Below, in pieces: positions 31,159 to 43,143 of a DNA stretch of 64,000 nucleotides. Positions within the stretch are counted from its first letter, which is position 1; every line of letters begins with the position of its first letter. Location of the stretch: the NCBI GenBank assembly GCA_963737265.1, contig CAVTRY010000011.1, positions 1,312,001 to 1,376,000 of the forward strand. The letters run 5' to 3'. The position numbers were made by a program, and so were the translations under genes. This DNA is from an uncultured delta proteobacterium (GTDB lineage Bacteria; Myxococcota_A; Polyangia; Fen-1088). Below the pieces are notes generated by a model, which was not told the origin of the DNA, searched no databases, and saw only the letters and a program-made list of their open reading frames with translations.

Positions 31159-31490
31159 TTCACCGGGAAGATTTCGGCGCAAAGACGTGAAGGCGACAGG
31201 GGCCTACCAGAAAGCGGATACCAATGAGAAGCGTAATTACCCGCTGCCAAACTCGATCGAATACCAAGTTAGGCCCGAGATCGCCAAGACCCTGCGGGCC
31301 CCGTCCGTGCATAGCGTCGATCCTCATGGTACTTCGACGCTTGTTCAGAAAGAAGTGGCCACCCTCATCTACATGGACGTCGGTCGCTGGAGCGGCAGTG
31401 CACCAACGGAGCATGATACACAGTCGCATTGGGGCAAGCATCGCGACTTCGGAATCGTCTGCGGTCGCCTGGCCACACTCTGCACCTATA
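31151..31490 (+). CDS. 5' part of a large gene, lost in the poly-T block (probably continuous with 32893-34356)
   Basis: GTG overlapping the previous stop with GGAGG RBS; normal-looking coding sequence until about 31490. Confidence 0.55.
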
Positions 31491-32890
<1,400 letters not shown>

Positions 32891-32892
32891 GG

Positions 32893-34356
32893 ATGATCGT
32901 GAACGATGCCGTCGAGGAATCAATCAAGTCCTCTCCCGAATTCGAGAAGGTTCGTCCCCTTCTCAAGATCCTCTCCTCCAATCCCAAGCTTGGCTGGGTT
33001 CAGGTAACCAAGGCGGCGCTGGGCCGCAAGTTGAACAACGAGATCCCGAAGGAGGACAGGATCTACGTGATTCTCGGGGATCTCCATGCCCCGGTCATGA
33101 CCGACGGCAGGCGCACGTACTCGGACGAGCCCCAGCAGAAGTCGCTGGCCGACGCGATGGGCGTCCAATCAATTCCTGGCGGCTACGCCAGTGCCGCTCT
33201 TGCATCGGGGGTGCTCAAGCGCGGACCCCTGCACGGATGGCGCGGGCGCTACGATCCGGGCGTTCTGGCCAGCGAGGTCTTGCCTGACGTCGCCCGCGAC
33301 TTGGGCGAGAGCGCGAAGGCGATCGTCGAGGCCAATCCCATCGCGCTCTATGCTGGGGAGACCCTGGCCGTGGCGGAGGCTCCGGGGACCGCGACGGCGC
33401 TCATTACCGTGGGCGGCGCCGCCTCGGCGGTTCTGATCGAGCTTGCCGCCAAGACCCGCCTGCGCGAATGGCCCGACACGGAGGGTGGCCATGCCGAGAA
33501 CGTCCGCGATTGGTTCGCCCGATACCACGGCACCCACGACAAGAAAGGCGCCGACATCTTCGAGGACGCGGGGACCGACTTGTTGCTCTGGCTCGCGCTG
33601 CTCAAGGACTACAACCAGGCAAAAGAGGGAAACAACCTGCCGGTGCGGCTGATGCAACTCGGGGATCTCTTCGATTTCTGGATCGGGCTCAAGTGCCCTT
33701 TCAGCCTGACCCACGGGGCCAGGAGCTTCCCGAACAAGAAAGCGGCCTTGGAGTTCGTGCAGTACTGGATGGACGAAACCCTGCGCTCTCCATCCATTAA
33801 CTACCTGTGGAACTTCGACAAGCACGCGGCGACCAGGCCCGACCTCAAGACCGTGTTTCTGTACGGAAACCACGACACGTACATGGGCAGCCTTCTTCCG
33901 GCAATCGTAAAAGAGCGTTTCGAAGACGATCCCGGTCTGGTCGCGCAGCACGGCCACCAGGAAGACACCTTCAACAAAGAGGAGAACGCGGCGAGGGGTT
34001 ACCTGCTCACCCAGGCTGCCTTTTCCGACGACTACATTCGCGGCATCGAAGATCCCATGTCCGCCCTGGGTCCCACGCTCTTCGGCGGAAGCTGGACGCG
34101 CCTGGATCTGGCCGAGATGGCACTTCGGACCTGCGTCTTCGATAGGGTCAACCTAGGAAAGAAGCCGGCCATGACCTTCGTCATGGGCCACACCCACGAG
34201 CCGGTGCTGCAGGTGATCCACGTCGTCGCAGTCCACCAGGACGAGTCCCGAGCGACATCGAAGCCCCCAGGCGCGCCCACACCCAAGTTGCAAGCCCCGT
34301 CCGCGGCCGAGTCCCAATCTCGAAATACGTCCACCAAGACTGGGTATAGGGGATAA
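32893..34356 (+). CDS. Calcineurin-like (LpxH-like motif pattern) metallophosphoesterase, C-terminal part of a larger candidate effector
   Basis: LGDLH, LGDLFDFW, YGNHD, QHGH and MGHTH motifs; true start obscured by the artefact. Confidence 0.8.
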   Translation: MIVNDAVEESIKSSPEFEKVRPLLKILSSNPKLGWVQVTKAALGRKLNNEIPKEDRIYVILGDLHAPVMTDGRRTYSDEPQQKSLADAMGVQSIPGGYASAALASGVLKRGPLHGWRGRYDPGVLASEVLPDVARDLGESAKAIVEANPIALYAGETLAVAEAPGTATALITVGGAASAVLIELAAKTRLREWPDTEGGHAENVRDWFARYHGTHDKKGADIFEDAGTDLLLWLALLKDYNQAKEGNNLPVRLMQLGDLFDFWIGLKCPFSLTHGARSFPNKKAALEFVQYWMDETLRSPSINYLWNFDKHAATRPDLKTVFLYGNHDTYMGSLLPAIVKERFEDDPGLVAQHGHQEDTFNKEENAARGYLLTQAAFSDDYIRGIEDPMSALGPTLFGGSWTRLDLAEMALRTCVFDRVNLGKKPAMTFVMGHTHEPVLQVIHVVAVHQDESRATSKPPGAPTPKLQAPSAAESQSRNTSTKTGYRG

Positions 34357-34424
34357 TTCCGCCGTGTAGGCGGATGTAGTTTACATGGTCTCTGTTCATC
34401 GGCGTTTTTTTCGAGCGAGGGAAA

Positions 34425-35318
34425 ATGGCGCTTGAAATGACTATCCACAGGCGCCGGGGCCTCTCCCTGGTTGCTTGGGTCGTTGGGGGATGGCTGGCGG
34501 CACTGGTCGCGGTGCCGCATCTGCGCTGGTGGATCGAGGAGCACAACCATCGCACGACAGGACCGTCGTACGGGCTGGCCAACGACGCGGCGGCGTCCCT
34601 CGCGGCGGCTCTCGATCAACCAGCGCGCGTTGCCGAGCTGGTGGCAGTTCCGGAATCCGAGCCCACGCCCGCGACCTCGTGCGAGCTCACCTGGACCGAT
34701 CGAGAAAAGACCTATGTCTACGCGCAGCGGGCCTCGCGGGCAGCGCCCGAGACCGCGTGGCGGGCGGTCACGGTCGCCGGCAAGGCGATCCTCGGCCGCT
34801 ATGTCGCGGACTTGTGGGCGGGCGACTGCAGGGAGAAGGGCTCCGACTACAAAAGGGACTGCACCGTGGTGGAGCGCGCGCGACTGGTCGAGCGGCGGGA
34901 GATCCCCGTGGCACCTTCACCCGACAGGGCGACACCGCTGCTGCCCGGTGAGTGCACGCTCGGAACCTTCGCGGGCAAGCCAGGCATCGTCGGCCGGTAC
35001 AAGGTGACCCTGCCCGCGGAGCGCGAGATCACGGTGCGCGCATTCGTGATCCCGGCCACCGCGTTCCTGGCGTACCGGCTGTCGCTGCGCGGACAGGATG
35101 CCCCACACGTCGACAAGGAGAGCACCATGTTTCGCTCGCTCGGCCAGGGCGAATACGACCTGGAGGTCACCCTGCTACCCGCAGCAGTCGGCGCCGCCGA
35201 CCTGCCCGGCGAGTACAGCCTGCAAGTCCACTGGGGCCGCGCTGTCGGCCCTCGCTGTCCCATTCCGAGCTTCGACGAGAGCAACTGCTACGGCGTTCCG
35301 GGCGGGAAGCAGCCATGA
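34425..35318 (+). CDS. Family X copy 2 (near-identical to 29408-30280)
   Basis: Differs in the N-terminal residues, one V/I change and a 3-bp insertion (PAAVG). Confidence 0.85.
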   Translation: MALEMTIHRRRGLSLVAWVVGGWLAALVAVPHLRWWIEEHNHRTTGPSYGLANDAAASLAAALDQPARVAELVAVPESEPTPATSCELTWTDREKTYVYAQRASRAAPETAWRAVTVAGKAILGRYVADLWAGDCREKGSDYKRDCTVVERARLVERREIPVAPSPDRATPLLPGECTLGTFAGKPGIVGRYKVTLPAEREITVRAFVIPATAFLAYRLSLRGQDAPHVDKESTMFRSLGQGEYDLEVTLLPAAVGAADLPGEYSLQVHWGRAVGPRCPIPSFDESNCYGVPGGKQP

Positions 35319-35364
35319 AGGCTAACGGATCGCCCATCGAACACCTCGCGCGGGCTGTCGGAGC
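34466..35364 (+). repeat. ~0.9-kb direct repeat of about 29431-30326
   Basis: Nearly base-identical; includes the first ~16 codons (MKANGSPIEHLARAVG) of the next gene, then breaks. Confidence 0.9.
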
Positions 35365-36623
35365 ACGCGTCGGCACCTATCAGCCTTACCGGCAATGGGG
35401 TCAAGGTAGCGCAAGTCGAACCAACCGCGCCATTGCCTGCTGCCAGCGTGGTACCGGAGATTTCGCCCTTCACCGAACCCCAACCGGGGACAGGCTGCCC
35501 GGATGACTACAGTCATATGGCAAGGGTTGCCAGTGTTATGGGATCGAATGAATATACATTTAAAGGCGTGGCTCCCAACATAGCCCGCTATATTGCCGGC
35601 ATGTGCAAGTCCAGCTCGTCATATCTCGAGGCTCAGGCGACTGCCGGCAAGACATGGGGTGCGGTCGCGATAAATAACAGTTGGGGAATAGATACAACAG
35701 CAGTCGGATCCAGGCCGACGAACGACGACAAGTTCTTCGACTCCCTGGTCTTTAGCAATCGGATAAACATCGTGTTTTCTGCTGGCAATTCGACGGACCA
35801 GCAGCCTGACTGTTGGAAACAGTCCCCTGGCATGGTTTCAACTGGAATGGTCATGTCGCCGGGATTGGGATTCAATGTGATAACAGTGGGCGGCGCCGAC
35901 GGGCAGATCGGGTCGACCTATCCCGACATCTGGCCCTGTTCCGCGTGGAAGAACCCATTGTCAACCAACGGTGACAGAAACAAGCCCGAGGTCATCGCGC
36001 CCGCTGTGGGCCTCAACACGTTAGAAGTGTGCAGTGGTAAGACTACTTTCGACAGCGCCAACTGCAACCTGACGGGCGAAGTCGATGGGACGAGTCTGTC
36101 TGCGCCCTTTGTTACTGGTACGGCGGCTCTATTGCTTCAGTCAGCACCAGTCATGTGGCCCGAAACCGTGAAGGCTATCATGATGGCTGCGGCGCAGCCG
36201 CTGCCGACTTCAGACCGAGACCACTATGGCGCGGGGCTTGTCAACATCGGGGTTGCGGGCGATATCGTAAGGGGCGTCAACGGAAACTGGAGGGGAGATA
36301 CGCCGCCGCAGTGCTCTGGCACGTGGCCGTACACCTGGCCGATGTATCTCATCGCTGGGAAACAGACGCGATTGGCTATTGCATGGACGCAAGACCCCAA
36401 CTACAGCCAATACGCCAATCAGCCCCAGGCAGATATGGATCTTATGATCAAGGATCCCCAGGGCAACGTGTATGTCCTATCTAATAGCTACGACAACAAT
36501 TATGAATATGGTGATTTTGTGCCCTCTCAGACAGGTATGTACACGATTATGGCCACGAAGTGGCGTTGCGATTCCACCTTTGCTTCCAATCGCATTGGTT
36601 TGGCCTGGCACCAGGCGCCGTGA
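35364..36623 (+). pseudogene. Subtilisin-like S8 peptidase lacking its signal/propeptide
   Basis: LTGNGVKVAQVE, SHMARVASV, NNSWG, FSAGN, KPEVIAP and GTSLSAPFVTG motifs, plus a C-terminal beta domain; 5' end fused to the duplicated segment. Confidence 0.8.
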
Positions 36624-37021
36624 TGTGTTTTCGCTGTCCCATTCTTCTTGCTCTGTTCGGGCTTGCTAGCTGCAGCAGCAAGCCCGTTGACTGCTACAAC
36701 GTAGCGCCCACCGATTGTGGGAAGTACTCACAGTGCCGTTCTATTGTTGCCGGCTGGCTGGACGATCAGTGCGTAGAAGAGATCGACCCTGTTGCCTGTT
36801 GGCCTGCAGACGTCCCCGGCTGTCAGCTGACATTTGGTTTGAGAGATCCGGCCGGGCACTGTTGGGGGATGGCGGACTGCTTCGTTCCGCAAGGGTGGCA
36901 GGACGACGATGGAACCTGCTACAAGTCTGGGGAAGCGAACTACAACGCGTGCTATCCGCAAGATGCTGGCACCGTGGGCGACAGTGGAACGGGAAATGCG
37001 GGCGATACCGGAGGGGACTAA
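36623..37021 (+). CDS. Small Cys-rich lipoprotein
   Basis: ATG overlaps the peptidase stop (TGATG); lipobox LASC; about 10 Cys. Confidence 0.7.
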   Translation: MCFRCPILLALFGLASCSSKPVDCYNVAPTDCGKYSQCRSIVAGWLDDQCVEEIDPVACWPADVPGCQLTFGLRDPAGHCWGMADCFVPQGWQDDDGTCYKSGEANYNACYPQDAGTVGDSGTGNAGDTGGD

Positions 37022-37079
37022 GCGACAATAGTATCGTATCACGCGGACCCGAAGGAAATGCCTCCCGAGGGTCCGCGTT

Positions 37080-37180
37080 GTGTCGGTGCGTACGGGAACT
37101 TGGAAAATTCAGGTCATAAAATGCCGTTGCGACTCCACCCTCAGCTCCAATCGCATCGGTCTGGCATGGGCATTGGACGC
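37080..37180 (+). pseudogene. C-terminal relic of a second S8 peptidase paralog
   Basis: KCRCDSTLSSNRIGLAW versus KWRCDSTFASNRIGLAW at the end of the upstream peptidase. Confidence 0.7.
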
Positions 37181-37233
37181 GAATCCCTGTGTTCGCCGCC
37201 GATGGCTCGGCGAACGACTCCACCTGCCGGCAG

Positions 37234-37653
37234 CTAGTCAACCATGCGAAAACCGGCTGAAGCGAAGTGGTGGTCGAAGGCGAACGCCAGTCGGATCCTT
37301 TCGCGCGCCATGAGCACGAAGCTGGTGGCGTCCACGGCGGATAGCTTGTGGAGCTCGGGTTTGGCGAAGTAGACCCAAGCACGTTCGAGGTCGTGGCTCC
37401 CGCACTCCAGCAGACGAAATCGCGGCAGACTAGCCAAGGAGTTCTTCCAGGCGAGAGCAACGTCTTGGGTCGCGTTGCGATCGAGGAAGGTGAAGGTTTC
37501 TAGTACGACCGGAATCGAGGTCGCCAGTCGCGACCCCTTGTCGAGCAATCCCTCCCATGCGGCCCTGGCTCGATCGTGCAAGGGATCGCGGGTCAGCGCC
37601 AGCGCGATCCAGGCACCTGTATCCACGAAGACCAGATCGTTGCTTCGAGTCAC
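37234..37653 (-). CDS. vapC: VapC PIN-domain toxin
   Basis: VFVDTGAWIAL..D..H, VVLET, LSAVDATSF and AFDHHF..AGF motifs. Confidence 0.9.
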   Translation of the reverse strand: MTRSNDLVFVDTGAWIALALTRDPLHDRARAAWEGLLDKGSRLATSIPVVLETFTFLDRNATQDVALAWKNSLASLPRFRLLECGSHDLERAWVYFAKPELHKLSAVDATSFVLMARERIRLAFAFDHHFASAGFRMVD

Positions 37654-37868
37654 GGCTGGTCGTAAATGGCGTCGTGTTCGGCGGAGGTGGCGCGGGGCTG
37701 CCCGTCCCACAGACCGACCGGGCCCTTCGTCGACGGCCGAAGCCAGACCTTTCGGATCGCCTCGCGGATCAACCCGGCCACGGGCCGACTGGTCCGTTTT
37801 GCAATTTGGTGCAGGGCTGCCAAATCTTCATCCTGCAAATAGACCTGAGTCTTCGTCATGGGTGTCAT
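37650..37868 (-). CDS. CopG/RHH-family antitoxin
   Basis: MTKTQVYL...LIREAIR..EHDAIYD; overlaps vapC. Confidence 0.85.
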   Translation of the reverse strand: MTPMTKTQVYLQDEDLAALHQIAKRTSRPVAGLIREAIRKVWLRPSTKGPVGLWDGQPRATSAEHDAIYDQP

Positions 37869-37892
37869 AGTAGCATGTGTAGTGACACCCAT
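37858..37892. promoter_or_regulatory. Palindromic operator of the TA operon
   Basis: Perfect 10-bp inverted repeat ATGGGTGTCA / TGACACCCAT over the antitoxin start. Confidence 0.55.
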
Positions 37893-37964
37893 CCAGTGTC
37901 CTCTTCTACCCGCCCAGAGCGCGGCCAACCTGATACACGCCGAAGCTCACCAGCCAGGCCAAGC

Positions 37965-38922
37965 TGGAGCTGCAAGTCGCGCGGATTTTGCCCCTCGTGT
38001 ACGGGTAGAAGAATGGCACAGACCGCGACGAATTGGCTCGAACACGTGCTGCCAGCAACTCCCCTGCGACAGTTCGTGGTGACATTTCCCTTCGAGCTTC
38101 GCCAGCGTCTGGCCTACGATGGCAAGACCCTGCGCGCGGTCGGCAGGATCTTCATGGACTCGGTTCTTGGATGGTATCGACGCCGAATGCGCGACGAAGG
38201 CATTCGCGACGGCCGCAGCGGTGCGGTCATGGTCGCGCAGCGGAACAACGCCGACGTGAAGCTTAACCCGCACCTGCACGCCATTTTCGTCGATGGTGTC
38301 TTTGCGACCGTGCCCGACGGCAAGCCGGTCTTCCACGCCCTGCCACGCCTCTCGACCGAGGAGGTCGGCGACCTCTTGCAGGTGGTGCGTACCCGCGTCC
38401 TCGCACACCTTGTCCGCCGTGGCATCATCGAGCCTGGCTCCGACCTGACCGTGCTCGACGACGGCTTCGCCGAGCGCGAGCCGGCCCTGGCCCAGTTGGC
38501 CGCTGCCGCCGTGTCTGGCCTGCCGCCTGCTGGCCCCGAGTTGCGCCGCCGCCCCGAACCCGTGATGCTGCGCGGCCACCCCGGCGTCGAAGTGACAGCG
38601 CCCCTTTCCGTCACCGAGTTCGGGTTCTCCCTGCATGCTGCCACCCGCGCTGGCGCCGAAGACGCTCGTGGCCGCGAAGCCCTGTGCAAGTACGTGCTTC
38701 GCCCGCCCCTGGCCCAAGAGCGCCTGAGCCTCCTGCCAGACGGTCTGGTCCGCATCACGCTCCGCAAGCCTTTCCGAGACGGCACCTACGCCGTCGACAT
38801 GGATCCGCTCTCGTTGCTTTGCCGTCTTGCCACCACGATTCCTCCGCCAAGGTTGCATGGGGTGCGCTACTCCGGTGTTCTCGCCCCCGCCGCTAAGCTC
38901 CGCCCTCTGATCGTGCCGCTAC
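37965..38922 (+). pseudogene. IS91-like transposase type B, copy 2 (5'-truncated, interrupted by IS21)
   Basis: Near-identical to about 19620-20577. Confidence 0.9.
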
Positions 38923-38958
38923 TGCTGGACGTCAACTACATTCACCCGGTGACGTCAA

Positions 38959-39807
38959 TTACATCGCCCCATTGTTGTCGGGGGTAGTTGTCGTTGGTTG
39001 ATCGGTAGTTGTCGTAGTTGTCGCTGGGGTGGTGACGCCTCTCTTTCGTGCTTCTTCGCTGCGGTAGCTGGGGCCGGTCATCTCAAGGATGACCGCGTGG
39101 TGGACCAGTCGGTCGATGGCGGCGGCGGTGGTCATGGGATCCTTGAAAATGCGGATCCAATCGCTGAAGACCAGGTTGCTGGTGATGAGGACGCTCTTGC
39201 GTTCGTACCGCTCGGCCAGGAAGGTGAAAAGGACCTCCATTTCATCGCGGCTCTGCTGGACGTAGCCGATGTCGTCGAGGATCACGGCGTGATAGATGTC
39301 GAGCGCGGCCAGTTCTCGTTCCAGGCGAAGGTCGCGCTTGGCGGCCAGCAGCCTCTGGACAAGCGCGAAGGTCGGCGTGAAGAGGACCCGGTAGCCGCGC
39401 CGGATGAGTTCGTGGCCGATGGCAGCCACAACGTGACTTTTGCCTCGGCCGGGCAGTCCGAAGACGAGCAGGTTCTCCCCACGTTCGACAAAGCCACCCT
39501 CACACAGGCTCGCCATCTGCTTCATCACCTTGGGTGACAGCCGACCACGTTCCAGGGTGGCCAGGGTTTTCTCCGTGGGAAGGTCCGAATCGCGAAGCGC
39601 GCGATCGATGCGACGGGTTCGGCGCTCTTCGATTTCCAGTTCGGCCAGGTGCTGGAGGTATTGGCTGAAGGTCCACCCCTCGCGGCTGGCCTTGATCGCG
39701 ATCTCCTCGGCGTGCCGGGTGAAGGCAGGCAGCTTGAGCGCGCGCAGAAGCACCAGCAGAGCGTCGAGCGCGCTCGGCTTGACCGTGTCTACGGAGACGT
39801 TGGTCAT
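38959..39807 (-). CDS. istB: IS21 helper ATPase IstB
   Basis: GLPGRGKSH (Walker A), ILDDIGY, ITSN and AAIDRLVHH motifs. Confidence 0.95.
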   Translation of the reverse strand: MTNVSVDTVKPSALDALLVLLRALKLPAFTRHAEEIAIKASREGWTFSQYLQHLAELEIEERRTRRIDRALRDSDLPTEKTLATLERGRLSPKVMKQMASLCEGGFVERGENLLVFGLPGRGKSHVVAAIGHELIRRGYRVLFTPTFALVQRLLAAKRDLRLERELAALDIYHAVILDDIGYVQQSRDEMEVLFTFLAERYERKSVLITSNLVFSDWIRIFKDPMTTAAAIDRLVHHAVILEMTGPSYRSEEARKRGVTTPATTTTTTDQPTTTTPDNNGAM

Positions 39808-41303
39808 GATGCCACCTGTTCGAGGAGCAGGTCGTAGGACGCGAGATCGACCAGCGGTGCTTCGAGCGCGGGGACGCTCGGTGGATAGGTACTGTCCGTC
39901 GCCTGTGTGCATCTCTTCTTGGTTGCATCCGCCGTCAAGATGGTCCCATCGGCAAGCAGAGTCGTGAGCGCTTGCTCGACATCGGCTTCCATCGTGCTGG
40001 CGGCCAGGTGAAGAATGCGCAGGTATTCAACGTCGCCTTTGATTCCAGGCTTGGTCGCCTGGATCGCGTCGTATGCCCGCCTGAAAGTCACGCTTGGAAA
40101 CAGCTCTTCTCGGTAGACGTAGCGAGAAAACGCGCCCGGCTTGCGCACCAAAGACCAGATGACGTGCCGGTAGTCGATGCGCGCGGTCTTGCCTCGCAGC
40201 CTGTCGCAGGCCAATTCCAAGTTGTCGGCGTAGTACACCTCGATTCGGTGCTCGAACACGCGGACTCTCACCCGTGCGCCGATCAGCCTCGACGGCACCG
40301 AGTAGGCGCACGACTTGACCCGGATGGTGCTCGTCGACGCCACAGGTGCCGTCATTTCTGCGTACTCCGGCAAACGCTCCACCACCAGCGGCCGCATGGC
40401 TTCGATCTCCTCGGCGACGCGCGGGCCTCGCGAAGCGTTGGCTTTGCGGACCACCTTGGCTACGAAGCGTTCGTAGTCGTCTTGGTCCGCGAAGTCGCGG
40501 CTGCCACGCACCAGCAGCGCTTGTTCAAGCCGACGCTTGAGCGCGCCGTTGCTGGCCTCCACATCGCCGTTTTGTTCCTTGGCCCCGACGGCTGTAGTTC
40601 GTGGCTCCATTCCGAGGTGCCGCATGACCGCCTTGTATTCATCGTTGAAAGTGCGATCTTCCGCATCGCGAGCGATCTGATGTGTCGCCGCCGTCGAGTG
40701 GTCGGTTTGGTGGTATCGCGGCACCCGCCCAAGCTGGAACAGCGCCGACTGGATCCCTCGCCGAAGCGCTGCCAGAGACTCCGACAGACACGCGGTCGCC
40801 CATTGCCAGTTCGAGTACGGCAGCACCGTCACGCACAAAAGGTGCACAAATAGCTGGCCCACGATCGTCACACCAAGCTCCGCCGTCGACGTGAAGTCGG
40901 TTTGCGCGGCTTCACCGGGCCGATGCGCCTGCGTGAACCAAATCTCACGCGCAGGACCATGCTCGGCCCGCCAGCGACGGATTCGCCGCTGCATTGTCCG
41001 AAGATGGCTCTCGTTGTACCGCCCTGGCTGCTTCGCCTCCAGCAGCTCCAGCACCGTCTGAGCCTCCAGCCCAGGCGTTTCCTCCAGCAACTTGGCCACG
41101 GCTGGCCAGTCCTCGGCGAACGCGTCAGGGCGCGTCCGCCACCACCGCGGCTGCCGTAGCTCCGACGGTAGCTTGCCCGCGGCGATGTATCGCCGCCCTG
41201 TCTTCCGGTCCATGCCCGCCTTCATGGCGGCCTGGCCTACTTTTCCAATCTTGCTCATCTCTTCCATCAAACGCCTCACTTGGGCGTCGGTGACCGGCTT
41301 CAA
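39804..41303 (-). CDS. istA: IS21 transposase IstA
   Basis: PGEAAQTDF, QTDH, NGDVEASNG and YSVPSRLIG motifs. Confidence 0.95.
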   Translation of the reverse strand: MKPVTDAQVRRLMEEMSKIGKVGQAAMKAGMDRKTGRRYIAAGKLPSELRQPRWWRTRPDAFAEDWPAVAKLLEETPGLEAQTVLELLEAKQPGRYNESHLRTMQRRIRRWRAEHGPAREIWFTQAHRPGEAAQTDFTSTAELGVTIVGQLFVHLLCVTVLPYSNWQWATACLSESLAALRRGIQSALFQLGRVPRYHQTDHSTAATHQIARDAEDRTFNDEYKAVMRHLGMEPRTTAVGAKEQNGDVEASNGALKRRLEQALLVRGSRDFADQDDYERFVAKVVRKANASRGPRVAEEIEAMRPLVVERLPEYAEMTAPVASTSTIRVKSCAYSVPSRLIGARVRVRVFEHRIEVYYADNLELACDRLRGKTARIDYRHVIWSLVRKPGAFSRYVYREELFPSVTFRRAYDAIQATKPGIKGDVEYLRILHLAASTMEADVEQALTTLLADGTILTADATKKRCTQATDSTYPPSVPALEAPLVDLASYDLLLEQVAS

Positions 41304-41415
41304 AGGTGCCTCCTGCCCGCTTGCGGGCTTGGAGGTCTACCTCACGGTCACCGTCGCGCCTCAAAGCGGGGCGACGTAGCTGTCGTCTTTGGGGAGATGT
41401 AATTGTCGCTCGGCA

Positions 41416-42165
41416 GCGAACCTCGGTTCGTCCGTGCCCAACATCGCGTGTCTCGTGAAAATCCACGTCCAATCCCGTCGGGTCGCGACGACAATGCGCG
41501 AAGATTGTCGTCACTTCAGCGCTGAGCGTGGGTTGGTTCTCCTTCACCGCGAGCAGGTAATCCGCGTCGGCGTCCTGGATATCTGCGGTGATCTGCTTCT
41601 GGCAGCCCATCGCATCGATAGTTACTAGACAGCCCTTGATCTTCAGGAGCTTGAGCAACCGCGGAATGGCAGTGATCTCGTTGGATTTCTCCTCTGTCTT
41701 GACCTGCCCAAGAACCACGTGGTTGTTGGTGGCCCAGGCACTAACCATGTGGACGAAAGCGTGGCTGCCGGCCTCTTGGAAGGATCGTCGCAGCGTCTTG
41801 CCGTCGATGGCCACGACCTCGCCTTTCGTGAGTCGCGCCACGCTCAAGATCCACTGCCGGAACCTCTCAGCCAGGGCATCTGGATTCAGGGCTGCAAACA
41901 CCCTCCCGATGGTGTCGTGTGTGGGAATCCCGCCGCGCAGACCGATAGACGTTCGTAACCAGGCTTCTCTTGCCCGCCCATAGGTCTCGATAGCACAGAA
42001 GGAGTCAGCACCACAGACCACGGCACACAACGATAGCATCAGGATGTCCGTCAGCGCGTGGTGCCGCGTCCGCTCCACCCGCGGATCCGGCACCGACGCG
42101 AAGTACTCCAGGATCGATGCCGCCAGCTCTTCCTTTTCTCGTTCCGCCACGGTTGTTCGCTTCAT
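41416..42165 (-). pseudogene. ISAs1-family transposase, 3'-truncated by IS21
   Basis: DPRVERTRHHAL, IPTHDT, IDGKTLR, EKSNEITAIP, TIDAMGCQ and KENQP motifs. Confidence 0.92.
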
Positions 42166-42270
42166 GACTTACGAACAAGCCACGATATCGCCCTTCAATC
42201 AAAAAACGTTCCTCTCTGGTGCGCCGGCTATACCACGAAGATCGTTCGGGATTTAGATGCGATGACCCTG
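41416..42270 (-). mobile_element. ISAs1-family element remnant; left end CAGGGTCATCGCAT at 42270
   Basis: End resembles ISAs1-type CAGGGC..TCGCAT termini; abuts the IS91-like 3' end sequence. Confidence 0.7.
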
Positions 42271-42377
42271 GGCTCCCTCCCCGGGCTTCTTGGGCTCCCT
42301 CCCCGGGCTGGCAACCCCGTCCAGGCCCTTCTCACCCGGTTTTCGAACCCTGGCCCCCGCTTGTTTCCCTTACGCGT
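42271..42377 (+). mobile_element. IS91-like 3' end of copy 2
   Basis: Matches about 21001-21086 and ends in TTACGCGT; has an extra repeat unit. Confidence 0.85.
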
Positions 42378-43143
42378 AGTATAGTCCGCCACACTTCCCC
42401 AGTTGACTTGGTTACCGTTCAGGCCGAAATTCGTCGGGAAATAGGTGTGCAGCGAGATCACGAGATTGGGGTCGTTGATAAAGCTCACCTTTTGCATCGA
42501 TTGGATGCCCGACTGGATGGGGCTAGCGCCGATCGGTTGGATCATGACGATGCGGGTGGCATTGGCTCCGCCGGTGTCTCGAATCGCTTTGAAGCACGCC
42601 TCGAGGTACATGTTGAGATCGGTTTGCGCCTGCGGGGTGTTGCCGCCGCCGGCCTCGTTGGGCTCATTGAAGCACTCGAACATCAGGTGACTGTCGAAGG
42701 ATTTGAAGGCCGTGGCGATCTGGCTCCAGACCGCAGTGACCTCGGTCGCCACGCCCTGTGCGGCTGAGGTCGAGGGAAAAGGAACCCACCCGCCATTCCC
42801 ATCCGCTTCGTGGTGGGTATTGACGAAGACGTACATCCCGGCATCGACGGCCCATTGCGCTGTTCGCGTGACCTTGGCCATCCACGCCGCATCGATGGTG
42901 TAGACCGGTCCGCCGCCGATATGCTTGGTCCAGGTCACCGGGAGCCTCAGTGTCTTGAACCCGGCTGAATGGACGGCGTTGATCAGGGTTTGAGTTGGCG
43001 TGGGGTTACCCCAGCCGGTCTCGTTGGGGTCTGCATCGAAGGAGTTGCCCAGATTCCAGCCCGGGGCCATCAGCTTGACGGCGTCCTGCGGAGTGAGTTG
43101 CCCCGTTGCACCGGAGCTGCCGCCGAATCCCGTCGTGCCGCCG
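42378..43143 (-). pseudogene. GH5 endoglucanase fragment (both ends cut by IS91-like ends)
   Basis: GWNLGNSFDA, WGNP, RLPVTW, NTHHE, NEP (acid/base) and SLHTY motifs; the nucleophile region is missing. Confidence 0.85.

Larger units (their letters stand above)
38923..41415 (-). mobile_element. IS21-family element
   Basis: istA-istB pair; imperfect terminal IRs TGCTGGACGTCAACTACAT / TGCCGAGCGACAATTACAT with internal repeats; no target duplication. Confidence 0.9.

Noticed and set aside
42271-42310. 22-bp repeats as a possible CRISPR array
   Set aside because: The units are adjacent without spacers, belong to the IS91-like end, and no cas genes are present.
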